From Okamejei kenojei (Eukaryota), in contig CM069162.1 of assembly GCA_035221665.1 (NCBI GenBank), positions 22,940,001 to 23,004,000 on the forward strand: a stretch of DNA of 64,000 bases. Reading direction: 5' to 3'. Under the pieces are notes generated by a model. It did no database searches. It was given only the letters and a program-made list of their open reading frames with translations, and was not told the origin of the DNA. The position numbers were made by a program, and so were the translations under genes. This document shows, one piece after another, positions 49,776-61,369 of this stretch (positions are counted from its first letter, which is position 1; each line of letters opens with the position of its first letter).

Positions 49776-51467
49776 TTCATCTTACGATACGATAGAACAT
49801 TTATATCCCAGGAGGGAAATTAGACTGCCAACAGTCATAAAACTCAACAAGATACATGAAAAATTAAAGTGACGAGTGGAAAGTCCAGGATTGCGGATGT
49901 GCAAAGATTGGGGGGGGGGGGGGGGGGAGGAACAGTCGAGAACGAAGGGGAACCCAACAAGGGGGCTGCTTGTTGGCATGTACTGCAGCAGGCCTGGTTG
50001 AACGCTGCGAGCAGAAGATAAGACTGTTCGATTAACTTTTTGCGATTTTGTCAGCGCAGGAAATGTGGCTAAGTGATACCTGCCGTAACAAATCTTTTGC
50101 ACTGTTGCTCGGTACATGTGACAACAAAGTATAATTGAGTGATTGAAAAAGCCAGACTGGTTTTCACAGTTAACAACGTATTTTAAACAGGCTATTGCTA
50201 CTTCAGAAGTATCATGATCAAGGTACTCTGTGTTGTGATAGAAAAGATTATTTCATGATCCTTCTTCCAACTGCTTCCATGCACTTTCGGAGATGCAACT
50301 GCAGTATAAGGGAGCTGTGGAAGCTGCAGGAGGAGCTTATACTAGCCACTAGCCTATTCTCATATCATTTTATATACAGCACCACAAGGAAAAATTCGGC
50401 CACGATTTAGACATCTGCGCAGGAATAAATTAGGAGCCAAACTGACCAAAACCAACCCGAGCGCACTGAGCTCAGGTCAGGCAGTGAGACTCAGCAATGA
50501 AGCTATATCTTAAATAATGCAAACCTCCTGCAACACTGCCCGACCTCTCCCGTCTCCAAGGGCTGTCAACCCTACAACATTCTTCAGCACTGAGAATTGA
50601 TGCAATATTTATAAAGAACCTGATTTGACCAGAGCCCAAGGACTTATAATCTTTTTGATACCTGAGCCAGACGTATATAGTCAGTTCCTGTCTGACTCGG
50701 GATGGGCAACCAGGGTCTACAGTGACAGTAATAGAGCTGACAGCTACATAAACCACATGAGTAGGCAGAACATCAACTGCTGGACTCAGACTAAAAAGGC
50801 AACTTGCTTCATTGATAGCGTATTTAAATGTCATGTAGCAAAAAGAGGAAATTAATCATCTTTAGATGCAGTAATCATTCTTCAGAAGAAGGTGACACTT
50901 CATATAATGTGAAGAAGATAAAATATGCAACTGGAATATTCAAAAAGATTGAACTATGTGACCTTTGTTTATGTCGCCGGCAAGTCTTGTCCTTGCTGGA
51001 TGCGGACTTATTTTCAACACAAATCTGCACACTAAATCTAACGTGAAGCTCTGACATGGTTTGTACACATACGTGCGATGCTTCTCATTAGCAAGATGCT
51101 GACTTAAATGTGACGATGAGATTTAGTTGGGTGGGAAAGATGGGCCAGTGGGTTTATCGGGTCTGGCATGGCTCCCTTGAACAAAAAACACACCAGCTTT
51201 TTGGAAGCACCATCCATATCAGTCCCAGCAGGTTTGGGAGTGGGACGATAATTTTGGTCACCGTGTGTTGTTTTGAGATTGCTTTAGCAAAATACTTCAA
51301 GCTCTTTATAAAATCCCACTCCTGGTAATATGCTGAGCTTGGCAGCTCTCTGTATAGTCAGAAATCTGACAGCCAGCGATTTCTCTATACCTGATCTGCT
51401 TAAGAAACAGGAGCAGGGAGCTCAAAACTGCAGCAATAAAATTTAAATCACTCTTAAAACGGAAACG

Positions 51468-51543
51468 ATTGGAATTAAATAATTACAGAAATCCAAACAG
51501 GATATGGTGTTGCTGAATTGGTTATGGGCTGTGGCCTATAAAA
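51468..51543 (+). promoter_or_regulatory. Possible core promoter (reverse CCAAT boxes + TATAAAA)
   Basis: ATTGG at 51468 and 51517, TATAAAA at 51537-51543, in a repeat-free island upstream of the candidate exon. Confidence 0.25.
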
Positions 51544-51909
51544 CACCCTCAGGGAAAGGACTGCTGGAAATGAATAAGGTCAAGTGACAAGGCTGAGATT
51601 TTTAAATAATTACATTTATGAGGCCAATAAATTATGATACATTTTCCCATTTTCAAATGACTGCAGTAATCCTTTTATTCTTCACTGAATTTTTTTTTCT
51701 CTAAAGGACTATTACCGCCTTCAGTAGATAGGATGAGGTGATGACCTGTCAAAGTCAATGGAGTTCTATTTGTCGATTTACATTTAATAATTCCTTACTT
51801 TTTGTTGGTCCAGGAACTCCAGTGCTTGGAGGTATTCCCTGGTTTAAAATAGAAACTGCTGATACAGAGGACACTCAAGTGACACTGTTCACTGTGATAG
51901 AGGACACTA

Positions 51910-51982
51910 ATGCTGAAGTGGCTGATCATTCACATATTTTGGTCAACTCAGTTCAGTCCTGTATTCAGCTCTGATAATTCAG
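51910..51982 (+). CDS. Candidate first coding exon (exon 51814-51982) with signal-peptide-like MLKWLIIHIFWSTQFSPVFSSDNS, phase 1
   Basis: Acceptor ccttactttttgttggtccag, strong donor CAG/gtaagc, first ATG in the exon; weak Kozak context. Confidence 0.4.
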
Positions 51983-52201
51983 GTAAGCAAACAACATTTT
52001 TTTTTTCCAAGTATTATAATTCCTCAAAAAGGCAGCCAATATTAACACCACCCTGGCACCTGAGAACCATTACCTCCTGCTTCAAGAACAGCTTCTTCCC
52101 GGCAACCATCAGGCCCTTGGACACTACACAACACTGATCTCAGCAACCGTGAGAGTCCTTCTATGGGCAGTGTCTATGGTTGGATTACGACTGGGGGGGG
52201 G

Positions 52202-52470
52202 GGGGCAGCAGTAGTGTTTCTGCCTTACAGTGCCAGAGGCCCAGGTTCGACCCTGACTACAACAGCTGTCTGTACGGCGTTTGAACGTTCTCCCTGTGAC
52301 CGTGTGGGTTTTCTCCAGGTGCTTAAGTTTCCACCCACACTGTACAGATTTCAGGCTTCTGTAAATTGTCCCTAGTGTGTAGGATAGTTCTAGTGTATGG
52401 AGTGATGGCTGGTCGGAATGGATTTGGTGGGCCAAAGGGCCTATTGCCACGCTGTATCTCGAAAGTAAAG
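52202..52470 (+). mobile_element. HE1-type V-SINE
   Basis: ccaggttcgaccctgactac core and tail. Confidence 0.85.
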
Positions 52471-52477
52471 ATATCTT

Positions 52478-52630
52478 ACTAGATAGGGCTCTTAAAGATA
52501 GCAGAGTCAGGGGATATGGGGAAAAGGCAGGAATGGGGTACTGATTGGGGATGATCAGCCATGATCACACTGAATGGCGGTGCTGGCTCGAAGGGCCGAA
52601 TGGCCTACTCCTGCACCTATTGTCTATTGC
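52478..52630 (+). mobile_element. CR1 3' tail
   Basis: ggggatatggggaaaaggcagg...gggccgaatggcctactcctgcacc. Confidence 0.85.
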
Positions 52631-52743
52631 CTATTCATTTTTTGCACTATGAATGCAACCTAGTATTACAGTTATTAATTTATGAATTTTAATTGTTTGA
52701 CTACTCTGTTTTATCTGTGTGTATTGTGTTGATGGGCCTGTTA

Positions 52744-53278
52744 AACCTAGAAACATAGAAAATAGGTGCAGGAGTAGGCCATTCGGCCATTCGAGCCTGC
52801 ACCGCCATTCAATATGATCATGGCTGATCATCCAACTCAGTATCCTGTACCTGCCTTCTCTCCATACCCCCTGATCCCTTCAGCCACAAGGGCCACATCT
52901 AACTCCCTCTTAAATATAGCCAATGAACTGGCCTCAACTTCCTTCTGTGGCAGAGAATTCCAGAGACTCACCACTCTCTGTGTGAAGAATGTTTTCCTCA
53001 TCTCGGTCCTAAAGGAATTCCCCCTTATCCTTAGACTGTGACCCCTTGTTCTGGACCTCCCCAACATCGGGAACAATCTTCCTGCATCTAACCTATCCAA
53101 CCCCTTAAGAATTTTGTAAGTTTCTATAAATCCCCCCTATGTCTTCTAAATTCTAGCGAGTACAAGCCAAGTCTATCCAGTCTTTCCTCATATAAAAGTC
53201 CTGACATCCCAGGATTGTCTGGTGAACCTTCTCTGTACTCCCTCTATGGCAAGAATGTATTTTCTCAGATTTGGAGAT
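52744..53278 (-). mobile_element. CR1 3' fragment
   Basis: ORF 52837-53100, same subfamily as 15751-16255. Confidence 0.9.
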
Positions 53279-53319
53279 TAAGCTGCTGCAATAGTGTCTT
53301 GGGCTGAAAGCTTTCAATC

Positions 53320-53635
53320 TAGGAGAATCTAGGACCAGAGGTAATATCCTCACAATAAAAATACATACCTTTAGAAAGGAGATGAGGAAGAATTTCTTTA
53401 GTCAGAGGCTGGTGAATCTGTGGTATTCATTGCCACAGACGGCTGTGGAGGCCAAGTCTATGGATATTTTGAAGGCAGAGATTGATAGGTTCTTGATTAG
53501 TGCAGGTGTCAGGGGTTATGGGGAGAAAGCAGGAGAATAGGGTTGAGAGGGAAAGATAGAGCAGCAATGATTGAATGCAGAGTAGACGGGGGGCCGGATG
53601 GCCTAATTCTGCTCCTATATCTTGTGAATCTATGA
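53320..53635 (+). mobile_element. CR1 3' fragment
   Basis: gaatctaggaccagagg...ggtgaatctgtgg...ggcctaattctgctcc. Confidence 0.85.
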
Positions 53636-53889
53636 GCTTTCTCGGTCAACTAACTACAAAGGTTTCCAGATATGATTCGAGTCACTTGGTCAGCAATCCC
53701 GACATCAAGACTAGTGATCAAGAGAATGTATTGATGATCGTGAAGCTCGACATTGTTGTAAAAACCCAGGTGGTTCAATAGTATAGAAAATCTATGGGTC
53801 CCATCCATTATCAACCTACATAACGTCTGTTGACCTGAAGTTGACCAGCAAATTGTTTCAAATGCAACCACTGCCACCACCTTCCCAGA

Positions 53890-54937
53890 GAGCGATCTTA
53901 TAGAGGTGTAGGGGTGATCTTACTGAGGTGTTTTAAATCATGAGAGGAATAGTCCGGATAGACGCACAGAGTCTCTTGCCCAGAGTTGGGGAATTGAGGA
54001 CCAGAGGACATTGGTTTAAGGTGAAGGGGAAAAGATTTAATAGGAATCCGAGGGTTAACCTTTTCACACAAAGGGTTGTGGGTGTATGGAACGTGCTGCC
54101 AGAGGAGGTAGTTGAGGCTGGAACTATCATAATGTTAAAGAAACAATTAGACAGGTGCATGGATAGGACAGATTCAAGATTCAAGATTCAAGAGAGTTTA
54201 TTGTCATGTGTCCCAGATACGACAATGAAATTCATGCTTTGCTTCAGCACAACAGAATATAGTAAATACAGAACAGATCAGTGTATCCATATGCCATTGA
54301 ATATACATATATATATATATACACACGTAAATAAACAGATAGTACAATGGGCTATTAATGTTGAGAGTTTTGTTTGAGTTGAGTTTAATAGCCTGATGGC
54401 TGTGGGGAAGCAGCTATTCCTGAACCTGGACGTTGCAGATTTCAGGCTCCTATACCTTCTACCTGAAGGCAGCGGGGAAATGAGTGAGTGGCCAGGATGG
54501 TGTGGGTCCTTGATGATGCTGCCAGCCTTTTTGAGGCAGCGACTGCGATAGATCCCCTCAATGTAGGGAGGTCAGAGCCGATGATGGACTGGGCAGTGTT
54601 TACAACTTTTTGCAGTCTTTTCCGCTCCTGGACGCTCAAGTTGCCTGAACCAAGCCACGGTGCAACCGGTCAGCATGCTATCTACTGTGCACCTGTAGAA
54701 ATTCAAGAGAGTCCTCCTTGAGATACCGACTCTCCGTAATCTTCTCAGGAAGTAGGGGCACTGATGGGCTTTCTTTATAATTGCATCGGTGTTCTCAGAC
54801 CAAGAGAGATCTTCAGAGAGTAGTTTAGAGGGATACGGGCCAAATGCAGGCAAGTGGGACTAATGTAGTTGGGACATGTTGGCCGTTGTGGGATAATTGG
54901 GCCGAAGGGCCTGCTGTCACGCTGTTTGACTCTATAA
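53890..54937 (+). mobile_element. CR1 3' fragment interrupted by a Rex1 copy
   Basis: RTRGHWFKVKG...FTQRVVGVWNVLPEEVVEA; resumes tttagagggatacggg near 54824. Confidence 0.85.
54171..54815 (-). mobile_element. Rex1/Babar-type LINE 3' part
   Basis: EDLSWSENTDAIIKKAHQCPYFLRRLRR; (gattcaa)n tail on the plus strand. Confidence 0.9.
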
Positions 54938-55843
54938 CTAAAGTAGTGCAATGAATTCTAACCTTGCCAGTGGTGCTCATGGCTCGAGAATAAATGTTAC
55001 AAAATCTCCTCCACTCTGGTGCATCTTTAACTGCATTAAAAAAATCTCCAGAAACCTTTCTTTTCAACACACACTACACTCCAGCATTATGTGCCTGTGT
55101 GGAAAAGACTCTGTGGCATTGTGCTATATTTTGCCGGAGTTACTTTGTGTTGTTGATTAATGGTCCGTCAGGACTTTGCCCCGCTGTATCTGTTCAGCCG
55201 CAATAATGACACGGACTGTGTCTTGCAGCAAATGGCCTCAACGTGTTGTTGTGTACAATGTACACGCATTTATCCGAGCGTGCTCCATGTGTATGTGTGC
55301 GTATCGTACATTTGCTTTTGAAAAATGTTGCTTTTTGCCACCTGCAAGGGAAGACTGCCGACACGGCAAGCTTTCCTACCTCTAATCCCGCAGTCCTGGT
55401 GGGAGCAGCAGGAAATGATTAGTCAGTCATTTTGCTGCAAGCTCCTTTTCTCCTGTGGCCCAACTGTGCCAGGTCAGAGAAGGCAGACGAGAACATTGCG
55501 TGAGACTGTCTGGAAAACTGCCACATGGCGTTATGGAAAATGACAGGCTAACAGATGGCAGTCTCTCTCTCTCTCTGGGGAATTTATTACACTGCGCTCA
55601 GGGTGACTGACTGTGTGATGGAGCCTGTGTTTCATAATTCATTTTCTCTTTTTTTTTTAAAGGCGCACACTCCTTTACCTCAGTAGGAAATTGTAAATTC
55701 TGGACTGCTTCACTGAGGGAATAACAGAAACCCAGAGTTTTTGTTTATTTGACTGCTTCTGCATTGGAAATGTTGCTTGAACATAATCTCCTTCCGCTTC
55801 TGCAGTCAAGTGTTCTGCCTGATAATCTCTGTAAAGAGGAGAG

Positions 55844-56033
55844 AAACAAAATGCTGGAGTAACTCAGCGGGACAGGCAGCATCTCCGGAGAGAAGAAACG
55901 GGTGACGCTAAGGGTCTCAACCCGAAACGTCACCCATTCCTTCTCTTCAGAGATGCTGCCTGTCCTGCTGAGTTATTCCAGCATGTTGTGTCTATCTTCG
56001 ATTTAAACCAGCATCTGCAGTTCCTTCCTACAC
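55844..56033. mobile_element. Penelope-derived inverted pair
   Basis: Arms meet at gggtgacgct/aagggtctcaacccgaaacgtcaccc. Confidence 0.85.
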
Positions 56034-56221
56034 GTGTCTGTAGAGAACGTCCCTTTGAATTGGGAAGCCGGCTATCATCGTGCCAGTATTCCCTCCATTT
56101 CCCCCTTCTCCCCGCTTCCTATAAGCCTTGGTACCTTGCTGAGGCATTCTGCCTTGGGCCCATATCCTTCTGGCAAAGGATCCATGTAGCTATTCAGAAT
56201 AAACATTCATTCTGCTGCCAG

Positions 56222-56630
56222 ATCTCTTGACTCTGAGTCAGAAGGATGTGGGTTCAAGGCCTGTTCTGCATATTTATACAAAATACTTAAGACCGATGGA
56301 TTCATGCAGCACTGATGACGGATGGAGGTGCTTGTGTTGTAAATGAGACCTTTAGCAGCGGCTCCACCTGCCCTCACAGGAGGATGGAAATGATCCCGTG
56401 CAATGGGTTCCAAGAGGAGCAGCAGAGATCTCCATGGTGTCCGCAGTAATATTTATTTTTCCATCATATAACCAGAGCAGATTATCTGCTCATAATCACC
56501 AGCTATTTATGAAACCTTGCTGTTGGAAATTTGGCTGCTGCAGTTCCTGCTTTGCAGTGTGACTCCCCTTCAAAAGCTGCCCCGTTAGCTATGAAGCACT
56601 TTGAAATTCTGTGAAAACTGGTTCTCTCTT
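56222..56630 (+). mobile_element. Deu-domain SINE (SacSINE1-like), near full length and diverged
   Basis: tRNA-like head ctctgagtcagaagg..gtgggttcaag; Deu core gagcag...ggtgtcc...aatattta...cagattatctg...aaatttggctgc. Confidence 0.7.
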
Positions 56631-56795
56631 TCTTAACTGTGTGCATAACAAGGGCTTCTGGCCCTTGCACTTGCGACAGACTCAGTGGGCTGAAATGCCA
56701 CCCTCGGTGCTACTATAACTGGGATTCATATCAATTTATATACAGACAGGAGGTGGAACCGGCCAAATGTTACTGACCTGGTCCAGTTAAACTAA

Positions 56796-56968
56796 AGATA
56801 GACATAAAGTGCTGGAGTAACCAGCATCTCCAGAGATAAAGAATGGGTGGCGTTTCAGGTCGGGATCCTTCTGAGTCTGAAGAAGGGTCCCGACCCGAAA
56901 CGTCACCCATCCTTTTTTTCCAGAGATGCTGCCTGACCCACTGACTCCAGCACTTTGTGTCTATCTTT
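56796..56968. mobile_element. Penelope-derived inverted pair
   Basis: aaagatagaca(t)aaagtgctggagt ... actccagcactttgtgtctatcttt. Confidence 0.9.
56874..56908 (+). ncRNA. Minimal type I hammerhead ribozyme motif (intact core)
   Basis: agt-CTGAAGA-A-GGGT(CCCG)ACCC-GAAA-CG-TC-accc; predicted cleavage after 56904. Confidence 0.7.
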
Positions 56969-57029
56969 GGTGTCTCTCTTTGGTTTCTACATTTCAGTAA
57001 AACTAAGTTCATTTCAGTACCACTAACTG

Positions 57030-57200
57030 TCTCCTCCCACTTACTTTCTTTGTCCCACCCCCTCCCGACATCAGTCTGAAGAAGGGTCTCGACCCAAAAC
57101 GTCGCCAATTCCTTCTCTCCATACATGCTGCCTAACCCGCTGAGTTTATCCAGCATTTTGTGATTACCTTCGATTTTACTAGCATCTGCAGTTCTTTCTC
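57030..57200 (+). mobile_element. Penelope-derived element
   Basis: tcagtctgaagaagggtctcgacccaaaacgtcgcc (G-to-A change in GAAA). Confidence 0.85.
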
Positions 57201-57586
57201 AAGCTTTAGAGGTACCACGTGTTAAAACAAAATGTAAAAACTGACACCTCATCTTATGTTCAGTTGGACAGTGAAGGTCCCATGACACAGCAAAGTCAAG
57301 TGAAATGTCCCAACTCACATTCCTGTTTCAAAAGAATTCCCTAAAGTTAATGATCCAGTTATTTGCCTCACTGCTTTGAGGAATCTTACTGGTTATATTT
57401 TGTTTCCTGTAAAAGAACAGTGTCCGCACTTCAAAACTATTTGGAGTCACAGGAGACTGCAGGTGCTGGAATCTGGAGCAAATAACAAACTGCTGGAAGT
57501 TTTTGTTCCACTTTCCGGCACCTGCAGTCACTTATATCTCCATTCTGCTCTCCCACAGCAAAGTCTCCTCCAGGCATTCCCACTTT

Positions 57587-57755
57587 GAAGACAGACAAAA
57601 AAAGCTGGAGTAACTCAGCGGGACAGGCAGCATCTCTGGGGAGAAGGAATGGGTGGTGCTTCGGGTTGAGACCCCTCTTGCTGCCTGTCCCGCTGTGTTG
57701 CTCCTACTTTTTGTGTCCACCTTCAGATTAAACCAGCATCTGCAGTTCCTTCCTG
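57587..57755. mobile_element. Penelope-derived inverted pair, centre deleted
   Basis: Arms match the consensus. Confidence 0.8.
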
Positions 57756-57775
57756 CTCTGTGAATCTCTCTCGTC

Positions 57776-57970
57776 GAGTGGATGTGGAGAGGATGTTTCC
57801 ACTAGTGGGAGAGTCTAGGACCAGAGGTCTGTGACACCAGACGGGTGTCAGGGGTCATGGAAAGAAGGCGGGAGAATGGGGTTAGGAGGGAGAGATAGAT
57901 CAGCAATGATTGAATGGTGGAGGGGACTTGATAGGCCAAATGGCCTAATTCTGCACCTATCGCTTATGAC
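57776..57970 (+). mobile_element. CR1 3' fragment with an internal deletion
   Basis: Matches 13577-13910. Confidence 0.85.
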
Positions 57971-58439
57971 CTTATCATCGCCTTCTGTTGTTTCTACTGC
58001 ACTTCAACATCATTCTCATCAACGCTCGTTACCAAGTCATTAGATCCTTGCTTAGTACATGTGTTCTCCACCATCTTTACTTCCAGCATCCCTCAGCCCA
58101 TCACCCCTCCTCAACTGGTTCCACCCATCACCAGCAGCTTCTGCCACACCCCTCCCTCTCACTTCTAAATGCCGGCTATAGTCTGAGTCCTGAAGCAGCT
58201 TTTCAACCTTAAATGTTAAACATTCCTTCGCCTCCACTGAGTACTTCCAGCTGTGTGGTTTGTTTGCTTCAAAAGTTATAGTTGGCTGCAAAAGACATTG
58301 GGATATTCTGGGGACATGAAATGTGCGAAGGAAATGGATGCTCTTTAGTTCTATTGTGCACCAAGATGGTTCTTATGAAATCATCTCTGATCAGCGCAGT
58401 TTACAGGTTAAATGTTAGCGAGGAACACTGCAACAGAAA

Positions 58440-58810
58440 CACGGCTAAGTGTTTCTCAGCCAATAAAGTATCTTTCTGTAGGGTAGACGTGTTATCGTGC
58501 AAGAAATGCAACAGCCTATATGTGCACACCAAGGTCCCACAAACAGCACGGCATCAAAGGTCACATTATTTATATTAGTGATGAAGATTGAGGGGATAAA
58601 TATCGGGTAGGTCACAGGATTTCTGCTCTATCTTGGAAGTGTGAAACTTTCCACAACCACCTGAGTTAGCAGGCAAGGCATTAGTTGAAACAGTCACCCA
58701 AAATATCCCCTTTCTGATGTCTCCTTGGCTTGCACCAGAATATCAGCCTGGATTTGTGCGTTCAACACCCTGCAGAAGGGTTGCATTGCTGCTTTCAGCC
58801 TCAGGATGTA
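58440..58810 (-). mobile_element. Deu-domain SINE (SacSINE1-like), diverged
   Basis: gtcccacaaacagc and ttgaggggataaatat are reverse complements of Deu-core motifs. Confidence 0.65.
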
Positions 58811-59040
58811 AACATTCCACCAAATCACAATCACAATAATACTTTACTAGCCAAGAATGTTTTGCAACATACGAGGAATTTCATTTGCCAAGTCAGTCGT
58901 ACAAATAAAAAGCAACTGAACACACAAAATACATTTTATCATAAACATCCACCACAGTGACTCCTCCACATTCCTCACTGTGAGGGAAGGCGAAAAAAAT
59001 GTCACATTGTATACAAAGGAGAATAGGATCTTTTCTGGCT

Positions 59041-59268
59041 AGGAGACACAAGAAACTGCAGATGTTGATACTGGAATCTTGTGCAAAACACCAAATGCTG
59101 GAGGAACTGAGTGGGTCATCTGTGGAGGGAACAAACATAATGCTTCCGGACAGAACCCTTTTTCTGATTCTTAAGACTCCAATCCGAAGAAGGGTCCCAA
59201 ACCAAAATGCCGTCCGTCCATTCCCTCCTCGGATGCTGCCTGGCCCGCCGAGTCCCTCCAGCACAGGG
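59041..59268. mobile_element. Divergent Penelope-derived inverted pair
   Basis: aagaaactgcagatgttg ... ccgaagaagggtcccaaaccaaaatgcc ... ctccagca. Confidence 0.7.
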
Positions 59269-59357
59269 TGTAAATGCAAGGCTGGGATGGGACATCACTG
59301 GGCCACTGCTAGCGGCAAGATCTGCAGAATTTGCCTTTTCCCCCCCAACACAAACAG

Positions 59358-59438
59358 CTGCATCACATTCTCTGAAACTACGTCTTCAGTTACTGAGAGG
59401 TTTTAGGCTTTTAAAAGGAGGTTTGAAACATGTTCTGC
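59358..59438 (+). CDS. Candidate 81-nt phase 1-1 exon (A)ASHSLKLRLQLLRGFRLLKGGLKHVL
   Basis: Acceptor gccttttcccccccaacacaaacag, donor C/gtaagt; only the phase-1 frame is open. Confidence 0.3.
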
Positions 59439-59934
59439 GTAAGTCAGCAAAGCTGGTATACTGTGTGCAGTGTGCAGAACTGCCAGATGCATTTTCAAGG
59501 GCAGAGCAGCACACGGGCCCAAGCTTTTGTAAACGATGCTCGGAGTTGATACTTCCCGGCACTAGCCCATGGTTGCCGCATTCTATTTCCCTTTGTGTCT
59601 CACACCCACGAGGCAAATGGAACACATTTGCTGCAGATAACCCGTGGACAGGGTCAATGACAATGGGAACTTCGGAGAAATTTGAGTGAAATCTGCTGGG
59701 ACCTTCATTCAGTGTGTGTGCAATTCCGTGGGAAATATCTTTGCACAGAATCAGTGCAGTGCACCCTTCCCCCAGCCTCTGCAAATGAATTTAACAGTCA
59801 CTGGCAGACTGTAAATCTGAATGCTGCCACCACCATTCTTAAAAACCACTGAGCCCAAGGCCTTCTCATATAAATCTGGGAATGGAATTTCTTAAAGCAA
59901 GGTTGGTCTGCAGAGTGAACTGTCATTTATATTC

Positions 59935-60002
59935 AAAGGTATACAAAAATGCTGGAGAAACTCAGCGGGTGAGGCAGCATCTATGGAGCGAAGGAAATAG
60001 GC
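59935..60002 (-). mobile_element. Penelope-derived fragment
   Basis: aaaatgctggagaaactcagcgggtgaggcagcatctatggagcgaagg. Confidence 0.8.
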
Positions 60003-60092
60003 ATGGGTTCAGGAGAAATTAATGCAGCATCGTCCCAGACCACTCACCAAGGTCAGTCTTGAGATCACAATCTTTTGACGCATTGGTGAGTA

Positions 60093-60275
60093 GTTTGGTT
60101 TAGTTTAGTTTAGAGATACAGCGCGGAAACAGGCCCTTTGGCCCACCGGGTCCGCGCCGACCAGCGATCCCTGCATATAAACACTATCCGACACACTAAG
60201 GACAATTTTTATATTTACCATGCCAATTTACCTGCATATCTGTACGTCTTTGGAGTGTGGGAGGAAACCGAAGAT
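60093..60275 (-). mobile_element. HE1-type V-SINE 3' half
   Basis: (gttta)n tail and V core. Confidence 0.85.
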
Positions 60276-60624
60276 GCTTTAAAATGGAAGATTTTTTTAA
60301 ATGAAAAGAAAAAAAAATAGAATGCATTTGGCTTTGTTATGGCCAACATGGTCAAGAGGCTCAAACCACCACATGTATTCAGCTGGAGTATTTAGACTGT
60401 TTCCAGAGACTATAGTGGGTGCAGTTCATACCAATACACAAAGTACAATGCATTGCCTTGAGTCTTCTACCAATATACAATGGACATCTACTTCGGCATG
60501 GAGAACCAGTATGGGCTGAGCCCGTGAAGCACCAAAACCAATGCTAGATAGAGCTTTAAAGCCACGTACTACTAGTACACACTATCAAATAGAAAGAGGA
60601 CGGCAGCTTATCAAATACTCAAGG

Positions 60625-61102
60625 ACAAAGGAAGCTGAAGAAAGTGGTGGACATTGCCCAGCCCATCATGGGCACTGGCCTTCCTACCATCAAAGAAATC
60701 TGCCCAAAGAGCAGCCACTATCATCAGTCCCACATCACCATGGCCATGTTATCTTGTTCTCCGTTTTCTCACCGCTCCCGTTGGGAAGATACAGGAGCCT
60801 GAGTACTGTTGCTTCCAGCTACAAGAACAGCTTCTTCCCATCAACCATTACGTTTTTGAAGCACACTTCACATCTCCAACCACAACCCTACCTTGGCACC
60901 AAATCACTACGGATTTTGCACTACTATGATTGTTCTACACACTTTGGTTTTTAGCACTATCATGGTCTGGTTTACTGATAATAACTGGTAATTTACTGTA
61001 TATTTGTTATTGTTGCCGCAGCTAATGTGCTTGTCGGGCTGCAACCAGTAGGACTTTCACTGTAGCAGTTCATATTGGTGCATGTGATAAATAAACACTC
61101 TT
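60625..61102 (+). mobile_element. Old Rex1/Babar-type LINE 3' part
   Basis: FSPLPLGRYRSLSTVASSYKNSFFPSTI. Confidence 0.8.
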
Positions 61103-61369
61103 GAAGTGCCACAGATCCCAGTAACAAACTAAATATCTCTGGTGACTCTCCGGTCTTTGCTGACAGGTTTTGTTGGGAGTTGGACATAATTTGCCATAGT
61201 GCACCTGGGAAGTATAAGCATAAGTGGCATTTCAACAAGTGCTGTTGTGTGAGAGTTTGTATCAACAGGATAGGATTCACATCTTTTAAAAAGTGAAAGC
61301 CCTCCTTCCACTACTATAGCAACATGGATGCACAAGGTAAAGAGGTCCCTGGTAATTAGCACTGCTTTT

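Noticed and set aside
53678-53745. IRVTWS fibronectin-III-like word after a possible acceptor
   Set aside because: Frame stops after about 20 codons and splice signals are weak.
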